NCBI RefSeq assembly: GCF_000018465.1
Contig: NC_010085.1
Coordinates: forward strand, 1,110,001 to 1,142,000
Source: Nitrosopumilus maritimus SCM1
GTDB taxonomy: Archaea > Thermoproteota > Nitrososphaeria > Nitrososphaerales > Nitrosopumilaceae
Length of the DNA: 32,000 bases
Reading direction: 5' to 3'
Shown: piece after piece, positions 1 to 8,836 of the stretch
Position numbering within the stretch: the stretch's first letter is position 1
Layout: each line of letters opens with the position of its first letter
Program-made: the position numbers and the translations under genes
Notes under the pieces: generated by a model
Seen by the model: the letters and a program-made list of their open reading frames with translations, nothing else
The model's database searches: none
Told to the model about the DNA's origin: nothing

Positions 1-718
1 CATGGTGTTGATATACTTGAGCATGCATTAGATAGCGTCCCAATCGATAGTTTTCAATTGAGTCTTTTCCTTTATCCTGAATGCAAATTCTTTGTTCGTC
101 TGTTTCAGTACTAGTTATAGTGTGGATTATTCTTGCTAAATCAAATTGTCCGTAAGCAACACCAATATGATATGAATCTCTTCGTAGATAATCCATCTTA
201 TCTACATCTAATGCACTTGAAATAACATCACTTGCCAGAGTACTCAATCCTGAATCCCAATCAGAAACAGGTTTGTGGTCTAACAGTTGGATTATTTTTT
301 GAGATTTATCACCTAAAATACTTTGAAGTTCAGGGTTTTTTGAAATGATCAACATAGAAATCCATTCATGATCAATTTTGTTTTCATTAACATTTGAGAT
401 TACGGATTCAAATAGATGAGAATAGGGTCCATGTCCAACATCATGAAGTAATGCAGCCAGTCTTACAATTTCTTTAGTAGTATCATCAAAATTCAATTGA
501 TCACATACTTTACCTGCAAGATGCGTAGCCCCAAGAGAGTGTTCAAATCTAGTATGAATTGCAGTTGGATAAACAACAAATGCATGAGATAGTTGTTTTA
601 TGTTCAACAATCGACGGAAGGGTGAAGAGTCAATCACCTGTTGTTCAGTTTTTGAAATATCTATAAAGCCATACAGAGGATCTCTAATGGATTTATACTT
701 AAAATCAATTTTTGACAA
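1..718 (-). CDS. HD-superfamily phosphohydrolase (dNTPase-like), 3' end truncated by window edge; probable TTG start at 718
   Basis: Hand translation of the minus strand gives LSKIDFKYKSIRDPLYGFIDISKTEQQVIDSSPFRRLLNIKQLSHAFVVYPTAIHTRFEHSLG...LAALLHDVGHGPYSHLFE...DVDRMDYLRRDSYHIGV...GQFDLARIIH. HD and H...HD motifs are clear. Confidence 0.88.
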   Translation of the reverse strand, partial: MSKIDFKYKSIRDPLYGFIDISKTEQQVIDSSPFRRLLNIKQLSHAFVVYPTAIHTRFEHSLGATHLAGKVCDQLNFDDTTKEIVRLAALLHDVGHGPYSHLFESVISNVNENKIDHEWISMLIISKNPELQSILGDKSQKIIQLLDHKPVSDWDSGLSTLASDVISSALDVDKMDYLRRDSYHIGVAYGQFDLARIIHTITSTETDEQRICIQDKGKDSIENYRLGRYLMHAQVYQHH

Positions 719-1259
719 TATTCACTAATTTTAATTCTTTAAGAAGTCCTACACCTTGAGATACATCATCAGGAGTAAGCTCCCAACCAAGTTTTTCTGC
801 AGTTTTTATTGCATCATCATAATCCATTACTTTTTCTTTATCAGGATTGTTTTCCAACATAAAATACATTTTTGCAGCATATGAAAGAGGTGCAGTTTTT
901 AATTTACAAAATTTATCACATGTAGATACCAAATATTTAATTTTTTGATATTCTGTAGGAAATGTAGATTTTACATGATTTGCCATATCTTGCCCATCAG
1001 GGGTTAAACGATACTTATAGCCCTCATGCATTTTTCCAGGAATTTTAATTTCATCAATAAAAGAATAGGTAACCATTTTTTCTAAAGCTAAACTAAGTTC
1101 TGGACTGTAAGGACCATAATAGTGAGGTTTGTAAACAGGGAGTGTAAGTCCTTCAATAGTTTTGTTTGAAAGGTATACTAGTTTATGGATCGCTGTTCGT
1201 CCAACAATTTCACCATTGTTTGAATCAAGTATTGATTCAACAGTTTCATAAACATCCAC
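705..1259 (-). CDS. YwgA-like / SocA-Panacea-like hypothetical protein, 14-nt overlap with the downstream HD gene
   Basis: 184-aa ORF with ...TAIHKLVYLSNKTIEGL...YKPHYYGPYSPELSLALEKMVTYSFIDE..., resembling the YwgA/DUF4065-type 'YLxxK...hYYGPYSxEL' pattern. Confidence 0.6.
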   Translation of the reverse strand: MDVYETVESILDSNNGEIVGRTAIHKLVYLSNKTIEGLTLPVYKPHYYGPYSPELSLALEKMVTYSFIDEIKIPGKMHEGYKYRLTPDGQDMANHVKSTFPTEYQKIKYLVSTCDKFCKLKTAPLSYAAKMYFMLENNPDKEKVMDYDDAIKTAEKLGWELTPDDVSQGVGLLKELKLVNIVKN

Positions 1260-1420
1260 AATACAACACCAACAAATTAATCAAATGTTCCACGTATATG
1301 ACATTTTTAAAAATATCTCAGATCTAAGTTGATTTGTTAATGATTTTAACTTGACACTTTCCAAAAACAAATTATTCAAGAGATAAAATTATCTGGAAAT
1401 AAATAAAACATGAGGTTATT

Positions 1421-1492
1421 ATGGTATTACCTTTTAAGAATCAACTTTTTAGGAAGAAGTCTCCAACAGATAGGGATCTAAAAATTGTATAA
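1421..1492 (+). other. 23-codon upstream mini-ORF overlapping the Mre11-like TTG start
   Basis: ATG GTA TTA CCT TTT AAG AAT CAA ... ATT GTA TAA (MVLPFKNQLFRKKSPTDRDLKIV) read directly. It overlaps the TTG at 1485 in another frame. Confidence 0.25.
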
Positions 1493-2732
1493 ATTTGCAC
1501 ATGTTTCAGATATTCACCTAGGATTTCAAGACAAAAAAGAACTTCAAAAAATAGAACAAGAGGTATTTGAAGAAGTGGTTTGCACATGCATAAAACAAAA
1601 AGTAGATTTTGTGTTGATTACAGGTGATTTATTTCATAGAAACCTTCCAGAAATGAGAGTTCAAAGATTTGCATTTAAAAATTTCAAAAAACTTTATGAT
1701 GCAAAAATTCCAATTTATGTAGTATATGGCAGCCATGATTTTAGCCCTATAGAATACTCAGTGATAGATCTACTAACAGATGTGGGATACTTAACCAAAG
1801 TTTCAAAGGAACACACAAACAATGAAAAAACAGAATTAGATTTTACTGAAGACCCAAAAACAAAAGTGAAATTAGTAGGAATTTCAGGCAGAACAGCAGG
1901 AATAGATAAAGAAAATTATGAAAATTTGGAACTACCAGTACTAGATAATAGCTTTAAGATATTTTTGTTTCATATTGGTATTGATGAACTAAACTCTAGT
2001 TCAGAAATCGATACTAATTCAATACCCATAGAATCATTGCCAAAAGGATTCGACTATTATGCAGGAGGACATGTACATGTTTTCTCACACAAACAGGTTA
2101 AGAATTTAGGAGAAATATGTTATCCAGGAACCCCATTTGCAGGATATCATAGTGATTTAGAAGAAAACGCCAAGCAAGTTAAAAGAGGATTTGTAATAGT
2201 TGAGTTTGACAATAAAATTAAAAATGTAAAATTTTGTGAAATAAAAAAAACAGATTATGAGTTATTAGAATTTAATGCAAATGGAAAAACCGCAAATGCA
2301 TTAAACATAGAGATTTTAAAAAAAATATCACAAATCATACCCGAAAATAAAATAATATTATTAAAAGTACAAGGAGAATTGAAATCTGGAAAAACAACCG
2401 AAGTGAATTTTATAGAATTTAAAGAAAAATTATTACAGTCAGGAGCAAGAGAAGTTAATGTAAATAGAATTAATTTATTCTCAAAAAAATACCATATTGA
2501 AAAAATTGAAGCAGGGAAAAAAGAAGAGTTAGAAAATAAAATTTTTGAGGAAAATATTAAAAAAATCAAAACTGAGCAACCAGAACTAAGTGGCGAAAAA
2601 GGAATTCTTTTTGCAAAAGAATTACTCCAATTTTTAAAAGAACCAATAAACACAAATGAAAAGAAAATAGATTATCAAAAAAGAATTAGTGCAGCAGTTT
2701 TAGCAATGATGGGAATTGAAATGGAAAAATGA
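1485..2732 (+). CDS. Mre11/SbcD-like metallophosphoesterase (second paralogue)
   Basis: 415 aa: MYKFAHVSDIHLGF, ITGDLFHR, VVYGSHDFS, GGHVHVF motifs. TTG start, with a 4-nt ATGA overlap with the next gene. Confidence 0.88.
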   Translation: MYKFAHVSDIHLGFQDKKELQKIEQEVFEEVVCTCIKQKVDFVLITGDLFHRNLPEMRVQRFAFKNFKKLYDAKIPIYVVYGSHDFSPIEYSVIDLLTDVGYLTKVSKEHTNNEKTELDFTEDPKTKVKLVGISGRTAGIDKENYENLELPVLDNSFKIFLFHIGIDELNSSSEIDTNSIPIESLPKGFDYYAGGHVHVFSHKQVKNLGEICYPGTPFAGYHSDLEENAKQVKRGFVIVEFDNKIKNVKFCEIKKTDYELLEFNANGKTANALNIEILKKISQIIPENKIILLKVQGELKSGKTTEVNFIEFKEKLLQSGAREVNVNRINLFSKKYHIEKIEAGKKEELENKIFEENIKKIKTEQPELSGEKGILFAKELLQFLKEPINTNEKKIDYQKRISAAVLAMMGIEMEK

Positions 2733-5149
2733 TTCTAAAGTCTATTCAATTAAACAATATCAGAAGTTACACTAATGAAATTATAGAATTTCCTCTTGGA
2801 ATTACACTATTTGAAGGGGATATTGGTTCAGGAAAATCCACAATTTTAATGGCAATCGAATTTAGTCTCTTTGGAATAGGCAACAACAAAGGAAACTCGT
2901 TATTAAAGACTAATGAAGATGAAGGATTTACTAAATTAGAATTTAGTGTAGAGGGTAAAAAATATGAAATATGTAGAAAATTAAAAAGAAAAAACAAATC
3001 AATAAGTCAGAATAGTGGATACATAATTGAAAATGAAAAAAAGACAACACTCTCAGCAACAGAATTAAAAAAACGCATTATTCAAATTTTAAAATTCAAT
3101 GAATCAAGTGAAAGTAGAGCACATAGCAGAATATTTCGATATGCAGTATATACACCACAAGAAGAAATGAAAATGATACTATCAGATTCAGAAAAACGTT
3201 TGGAAACAATTCGAAAGGCATTTGAAATGGATGCATACAAAAATGCAATTTTAAATTCAGATTTAATCGCCAATATTTTAGATAAAATTTCTGTAAGCCT
3301 AGAAACCACAGTACAAAACCTACAGAAAAAAGAAAAAGAATATTTTGAAACTCAAAAAGCTATTGCAAACGCACATAGGGATCAAAATGAATTATCAATG
3401 GAAATAAAAAATTTAGAAAAGAGGAAAGAATTCGTTGAAGAGAATTTAAATCAGTTAAAAAATAAAGAGAAAGATCTCATAAAATTTTATGAAGAGCAAA
3501 AACACATTATAGAAAAAATTAAAAAAACAGAAAAAGAAATCAAAGAAAAAAATGATGAAATTATAAAATATGAGAAAAAAATTGCATTGAATAAAAACAA
3601 TATTTCTAAATTAAAATCAATAAAAAAACCCACAACCATGTCAATAAAACAAATCGATACGAAAATAGAAAAATATCGAAGAGATGAAGATTTGTTAACA
3701 AATATAAAAATCAAAATAGAAAAAATGAATTCCAGATTAGATACGTTGTCAAAAATTCTTGGAAAAAATGAGAAAAATACGCCTAAAAAATTAGAACAGA
3801 GTATAAAAAATTTAGAAGAAAGTATAGAGATTGAAAAAAATCAATTAAAAAATATGGAAAAAAATAAGAATGAATTACTAAAAATTGAAACTCAATTAGA
3901 AGTACAAACAGAAGAAATTGAAAAAAGACTGAAAAAAATTTCAAAATTAGATTTTAAATGTCCCACTTGTGAGCAAATAATTGAAGAAAAATATGTTAAA
4001 AAAATTCAAAATGAAAATAAAAACCAATTATTAAAAAATAAAAAAATGATAGAAGAAATCATTAGTAAAAATAAATTTAATGAAGATTCGATTCTTGAAT
4101 TACAATCAAAAATTAGCAAAATTGAAGAATTATTAAAAAAATCAGTTTCACAAAGACCATACTTAGTAGAATATTTACAAATAAAAGAAAATCACAATGA
4201 AGAAATAATTCTAAAAAAGAAGTTAGAGAGAAAAATACAGCAAGAAAATAAATCTGAATTTAATGATCCTATAAAATATTATTTAGAACTTAATAATAAA
4301 TTACAAAATTATGAAAAAGCCAAAGAAGATATAAAAAAAATTACAGAGGAAAGTAGAGAATTTAGAATTAAAATTCTTACTTTAGAAAAAAATTTACGTA
4401 ATTCCAATAAAAAATTAGAAATTGATACAAGACGTCAAGATGAACTAAATAAGGAAATTTTATCTTTCAAAAATATTCAAAACGATATAAAAAAATATTC
4501 AAAATATGTAACTGAAGTTAATGACAAATATCTTCTAATAAATAAAAAAAGTGCGTCAATTGAAACTAGAAAAAAATTTCTTGACGATGAACTTCAAAAG
4601 ATAAAGATTGAAATAGAAAATTCAGAAATCGCGAAGAAAAAATACGACCGATGTAATAATTTTCATGAGTGGTTAAAAGGATTTTTCGTTCCAATTGTAG
4701 ATATAATGGAAGCAAAAATAATGCAATATCTTCAATATGATTTTAACAACATATATCAAAACTGGTATTCTATTTTGGTAGAAGATCCATCTAAAGAATC
4801 TAGAATAGATGATGATTTTACACCAATTGTAGAGCAAGAAGGGTATGAAATGGAAATACACCATTTAAGCGGAGGAGAAAAAACAAGTATTGCATTAGCA
4901 TATAGATTAACTTTAAACAGTATGTTAAGAAGAGAAACTGAAAGTTTAAAATCCAATTTATTGATTTTGGATGAACCAACATACGGGTTTAGCAAATCTC
5001 AGCTTTCAAAAGTCAAATCCATTCTAACAGAATTAAAATCAGAACAAATAATCCTAGTATCTCATGAAAAAGAATTAGAAGGATACGCACAAAATATTTT
5101 TCAAGTTACAAAAGAAAACGGAATATCTAAGATTTCTAGACTAAGTTAA
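2729..5149 (+). CDS. Rad50/SbcC-like ATPase with zinc hook (second paralogue)
   Basis: 806 aa: Walker A FEGDIGSGKST, long Lys/Glu-rich coiled coil, hook FKCPTCEQI, ABC signature HHLSGGEKTSIALAYRL, Walker B SNLLILDEPTYGF. Confidence 0.9.
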   Translation: MILKSIQLNNIRSYTNEIIEFPLGITLFEGDIGSGKSTILMAIEFSLFGIGNNKGNSLLKTNEDEGFTKLEFSVEGKKYEICRKLKRKNKSISQNSGYIIENEKKTTLSATELKKRIIQILKFNESSESRAHSRIFRYAVYTPQEEMKMILSDSEKRLETIRKAFEMDAYKNAILNSDLIANILDKISVSLETTVQNLQKKEKEYFETQKAIANAHRDQNELSMEIKNLEKRKEFVEENLNQLKNKEKDLIKFYEEQKHIIEKIKKTEKEIKEKNDEIIKYEKKIALNKNNISKLKSIKKPTTMSIKQIDTKIEKYRRDEDLLTNIKIKIEKMNSRLDTLSKILGKNEKNTPKKLEQSIKNLEESIEIEKNQLKNMEKNKNELLKIETQLEVQTEEIEKRLKKISKLDFKCPTCEQIIEEKYVKKIQNENKNQLLKNKKMIEEIISKNKFNEDSILELQSKISKIEELLKKSVSQRPYLVEYLQIKENHNEEIILKKKLERKIQQENKSEFNDPIKYYLELNNKLQNYEKAKEDIKKITEESREFRIKILTLEKNLRNSNKKLEIDTRRQDELNKEILSFKNIQNDIKKYSKYVTEVNDKYLLINKKSASIETRKKFLDDELQKIKIEIENSEIAKKKYDRCNNFHEWLKGFFVPIVDIMEAKIMQYLQYDFNNIYQNWYSILVEDPSKESRIDDDFTPIVEQEGYEMEIHHLSGGEKTSIALAYRLTLNSMLRRETESLKSNLLILDEPTYGFSKSQLSKVKSILTELKSEQIILVSHEKELEGYAQNIFQVTKENGISKISRLS

Positions 5150-5219
5150 CAAAAGTGGAAAAAAAATTTAGAAAATAAATATCAATAAATGTTACAATGG
5201 AGATTTTTCACATATTTTT

Positions 5220-6212
5220 CTAGATGTTAGCGATGATTTTTTTTGCCAATTTTTCAAAATCAGCTTTACATTTAAGAGAATTCTCTTTATGAATTCCTAC
5301 GATTCCAGGTCCACTTAATTCAAAAATAGGTTTTTTCATTTGTTGAGATTTAGGAGCTAAACTGTGATAACTTTTAAAATTCCCTAATTTGTACGATCCA
5401 TTATTCAAATCAAGGACCATATTTTCATCAATTTCTCTTAATTTAGAAATGAGTTTTTCTTCTATAATTTGAGGTACTTGAGCAGACCAATGTTTCCATG
5501 CTTTGGTTTCAACGCCACGATAAATATTGAATTGTTGGTTGATGTAACCTGCAAAAACAGGTTTACCATCTTGAAGATCAATTGTCAATGATTCATTATT
5601 TTGAATAAATCGATTTTTTGCATTTGTCCAATCATCAATCCATTTTTTAAAAGTTATACCAATATTTTCTAATCCTCGAAGAGAAAATAAATCAGGTACA
5701 AGAGGTACAAAGAAATAATCACAAGATAACAACACAGAACGATTCAAACTTCCTAAGTTAGGTCCAACATCAACTAAAACATAGTCTATATCATTTGCAT
5801 TAGCAATTTTTTTGATCAACCTATAAATTGAAGACGTTCGTCTAAAACCAATTTCGTTACCTGCAAGAGTGTCAGTCCAAGCAGAAGAAAGTAATTCTTC
5901 AAAACCACTAAGAAGTAGATCACCTGCAATTAGACGTATTTCTCTATCTTTAACTTTGTATGGTTTAATATCAGCAATATCACCAGTACCTTTGATTAAA
6001 GGTTCAACTGCATAAAATACACTGTTTTGTGTTTTCCACAATGTATCAAGTTCATCATCAGTACAAATACACGACGTTAGATTACACTGTGGATCTAAAT
6101 CCACAAATAAAATTTTCTTCCCCATTTTCTCTAAGGCATAACCTAAATGAAACAAAAAAGTAGTTTTTCCAACACCGCCTTTATTATTGAATAAGACGAT
6201 ATTTTGAGCCAT
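5220..6212 (-). CDS. ParA/Soj-like deviant-Walker ATPase, orphan (no ParB seen)
   Basis: 330 aa: MAQNIVLFNNKGGVGKTTFLFHLGYALEKMGKKILFVDLDPQCNLTS, IDYVLVDVGPNLGSLNRSVLLSCDYFFVPLVPDLFSLRGLEN. Confidence 0.9.
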   Translation of the reverse strand: MAQNIVLFNNKGGVGKTTFLFHLGYALEKMGKKILFVDLDPQCNLTSCICTDDELDTLWKTQNSVFYAVEPLIKGTGDIADIKPYKVKDREIRLIAGDLLLSGFEELLSSAWTDTLAGNEIGFRRTSSIYRLIKKIANANDIDYVLVDVGPNLGSLNRSVLLSCDYFFVPLVPDLFSLRGLENIGITFKKWIDDWTNAKNRFIQNNESLTIDLQDGKPVFAGYINQQFNIYRGVETKAWKHWSAQVPQIIEEKLISKLREIDENMVLDLNNGSYKLGNFKSYHSLAPKSQQMKKPIFELSGPGIVGIHKENSLKCKADFEKLAKKIIANI

Positions 6213-6445
6213 AAGACAGGTATTGTTATGAAACTAAAAGTTAAATCTGTTTGCCATAATACTATAAGAAAAACTATAGAATTCATACACATTAAAAATT
6301 AGATAGTGGGTTTGATTTTCTATATAAACAAAATTGATATAAATTGAGAAAACAAACAAAAATTAGAAAATAGACTATGTATTGACTGGAGTTCTACATA
6401 AAATACACACAAAGCATCTAATACAAATTTTGCACAAAATTCCAT

Positions 6446-6604
6446 ATGAGAGTTGATTCGTGCCGTAATTGTGGATATGTGTTAAATGTTCTAAAATACT
6501 GCAATGTATGTGCACAGCCTCTCCAGCTAAAGTGTTCACACTGCCTGAAATATGCCGATGATCCAATTCACTCTGTATGTGCTTCCAAGATTGCATTGTG
6601 CTAA
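6446..6604 (+). CDS. 52-aa multi-cysteine zinc-ribbon-like protein
   Basis: Hand translation gives MRVDSCRNCGYVLNVLKYCNVCAQPLQLKCSHCLKYADDPIHSVCASKIALC*, with 8 Cys in CxxC arrangements. Below the length cut-off of the supplied track. Confidence 0.6.
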   Translation: MRVDSCRNCGYVLNVLKYCNVCAQPLQLKCSHCLKYADDPIHSVCASKIALC

Positions 6605-6611
6605 TTTTGCA

Positions 6612-7013
6612 TCATTTCAGCATATTCAGGCACGACTTGAAACCAGATTTACGGTTACGTCGTAGCAATTTCAGGACAGTATCAAATTTGGCAGAATCAA
6701 GGAATTTTTGAATTATACGAAGATCAGCAAAAGTGGTACGACCAGCATGAGAATTTATCTCATTAAACGACTTTGCAAACGAACCTGATTTGTAACGCCC
6801 TCTAGATTTTTTAAAAGCTGAAACTATTGCAACGCCAGCCAAACTACCACAAATAGATACAGTGTCATGAGATTCGATTTTAGAAAAGGATTCAGAAATT
6901 ACTTCTTTAGAGATTCTGTGAAATGCGTCACCATTGTTTTTTCTAGCAGAAATAATTTCAGAATAAATCACATCCACATATTCCAGTGAGCTATAAAACA
7001 ATCTGTCATTCAT
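6612..7013 (-). CDS. Hypothetical protein (133 aa), last gene of a three-gene operon
   Basis: ORF overlaps the end of the upstream 500-aa gene by 8 nt. No family recognised. Confidence 0.6.
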   Translation of the reverse strand: MNDRLFYSSLEYVDVIYSEIISARKNNGDAFHRISKEVISESFSKIESHDTVSICGSLAGVAIVSAFKKSRGRYKSGSFAKSFNEINSHAGRTTFADLRIIQKFLDSAKFDTVLKLLRRNRKSGFKSCLNMLK

Positions 7014-8508
7014 GGCTGATTACTTTCAACAGGTTTTCTCGCAGTCGTTTTATGTCATAGGATATGGAATGTTTGTCAAATTCAGTTCCCTTTATTCCAA
7101 CATATATCTTGTCAAGGAGGGTTATGATTTGACCAATACTGGCAATGGGATCAAACTTTCCGTTGACAAGATCAAAGAGAGGTTTGAGAGATTCTAACTT
7201 TCCCAAAGTATGCTCTATTTTGTGTGAATGTTTCAGATGAGTTTCAAATGTATGAATTAATTCTTGCAGATATTCTTCATGTTGTTTTTGAATATGGTCA
7301 GCCTGAATCTTGTTTTGTTTTACAAGTTTGTTAATCTTATCTTCAGTATGAGATACGACAGAATTTAGTTCAGATTTTGCATGTTTTGAAATATCATTTA
7401 GATTGTTTTTTGCAAACTCTGTACCGTTTGAAATTTCTAATTTTATTTCATCATTGTGAGATTCAAGCCATAATTTTTTCTTCTCCAAAGACTCATTTTC
7501 TTTTTTGAGTTTAGAGTTAACAGAGTTGAGTTTCCTGAAGAGTTTTTTTGCATTTCCTGCCTTTTCCAGTTCTTCGAGAAATTCCTTAGGAGCCATCTCA
7601 AAACTATCAAAAATTTTCTGCCAAGAAATCAAGTCTTGTTCCAAAACGCCACTTTTCGTCAAATTTTCTACTGAGGAAATAGATTCAGCCATAGATTTGT
7701 GCCTAAGAAGTAGATTTTCGTGCTTAAGAGACAATTCCTTATACTTTTTTTCCAGATTTCCAGTCTTTTTCTCAACTTCATCTAGCTTTGACTGTTTCTC
7801 ATTCAATCTCAAATCGACTGATTCATCCTTACTCAGATAAGAAATGATCTTGGCAATATCATACTCTTGAGATTTTACATTCTGCAACACATTACATACA
7901 GAATCTGCATCAGACAAATCAAATCCAGATTTTTCTAGAAATTCTAAGGTTTGTGTTATTTTTTCAACCTGCTGTTCAGTAAGTTTGTTTTTCTTTAGTA
8001 ATGCAGACAGATTGTTTTGTGATTGTTTGTGTTGATCGGAGAGTTTGTCAATTGATAATTCCAATTCATTTTTGGTTTTTACTAGTTCTGTACAATGGTT
8101 TTCAATTTCATGTAACGGTACATCAGATTTTGATTGAATTTTAGAAATAGTATTGCATAATCCTACAAGATGTTCTGGAGAAAGTTCATTTTGTTTTGCC
8201 ATAGACAACACAGATTCTACAAACGAATGGATTTGTTTTGGATCAAGGTTGTGTTTTAAAAGTATTGAAAATACGACATGCCCATAAAATGCATCCTTTG
8301 GTTGCATTCCATTTTTTCTAATAATTTTAAAAAAGTCATGTATTGCATCAATTGTTTTTCTTTCAATCTTTGATGTAAAATCATTGATGTATTCAGATAT
8401 GGAACCAGTACTAACGCCAGTACTATCATGAATCTCTCGGACAGATTCACCCAAGAGGTATTTTTCAACTATATCATTACGGGTTTCATCAGAATATGGC
8501 TTTCTCAT
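7006..8508 (-). CDS. N-terminal helix-turn-helix plus long coiled-coil protein (500 aa)
   Basis: N-terminus SDETRNDIVEKYLLGESVREIHDSTGVSTGSISEYINDF looks like a resolvase/transposase-type HTH. Extended heptad-rich helices follow. Confidence 0.75.
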   Translation of the reverse strand: MRKPYSDETRNDIVEKYLLGESVREIHDSTGVSTGSISEYINDFTSKIERKTIDAIHDFFKIIRKNGMQPKDAFYGHVVFSILLKHNLDPKQIHSFVESVLSMAKQNELSPEHLVGLCNTISKIQSKSDVPLHEIENHCTELVKTKNELELSIDKLSDQHKQSQNNLSALLKKNKLTEQQVEKITQTLEFLEKSGFDLSDADSVCNVLQNVKSQEYDIAKIISYLSKDESVDLRLNEKQSKLDEVEKKTGNLEKKYKELSLKHENLLLRHKSMAESISSVENLTKSGVLEQDLISWQKIFDSFEMAPKEFLEELEKAGNAKKLFRKLNSVNSKLKKENESLEKKKLWLESHNDEIKLEISNGTEFAKNNLNDISKHAKSELNSVVSHTEDKINKLVKQNKIQADHIQKQHEEYLQELIHTFETHLKHSHKIEHTLGKLESLKPLFDLVNGKFDPIASIGQIITLLDKIYVGIKGTEFDKHSISYDIKRLRENLLKVISHE

Positions 8509-8816
8509 AGGACAAATCCCCCACGTTCATTATCCTGTTCATTTTGTATAGTATGTTCATTGAAATTTTCAGAAAAGCCAGATGATTCATCAGAAATTCC
8601 AGATTGTTCATTTTGAAAATTTTTTTTATTATTTTCTATAATCTGCCTTCTAATGATGTATTTTGAAAAGCATTCTTTTTTGATACATACTGAACATACA
8701 TGATAGTCCTTTTCTGAACCAGATACGGAATAAGTGACAAGATAATCAGGTGTTTTTGAACAGCACTGAAGTTTTTGAACCATACATACCATAAGGAACA
8801 GAAGGTTTATAGACAA
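8505..8816 (-). CDS. Small Cys-rich (putative Zn-binding) protein; true start possibly 8783 (MVQKLQCCSK)
   Basis: QCCSKTPDY...YHVCSVCIKKECFSKYI; 4-nt overlap with the start of the 500-aa gene. Confidence 0.55.
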   Translation of the reverse strand: MSINLLFLMVCMVQKLQCCSKTPDYLVTYSVSGSEKDYHVCSVCIKKECFSKYIIRRQIIENNKKNFQNEQSGISDESSGFSENFNEHTIQNEQDNERGGFVL

Positions 8817-8836
8817 ACTGTGAACTAAATATAGGT

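Noticed and set aside
2255-4995. Several 60-130 aa minus-strand ORFs inside mre11/rad50-like genes (2255-2653, 2767-2997, 3082-3309, 3487-3714, 4673-4864, 4756-4995)
   Set aside because: Phe/Ile/Ser-rich products are the expected antisense shadow of A-rich, Lys/Glu-rich coding sequence.
6213-6445. Possible parS/centromere repeats upstream of the ParA-like gene
   Set aside because: Only short AT-rich similarities (e.g. AACTATA twice), with no ordered iterons or strong palindromes.
6375-6596. 73-aa minus-strand ORF in the track
   Set aside because: Antisense to the more plausible 52-aa eight-Cys plus-strand ORF, and its sequence mirrors Cys/His codons without a recognisable fold.
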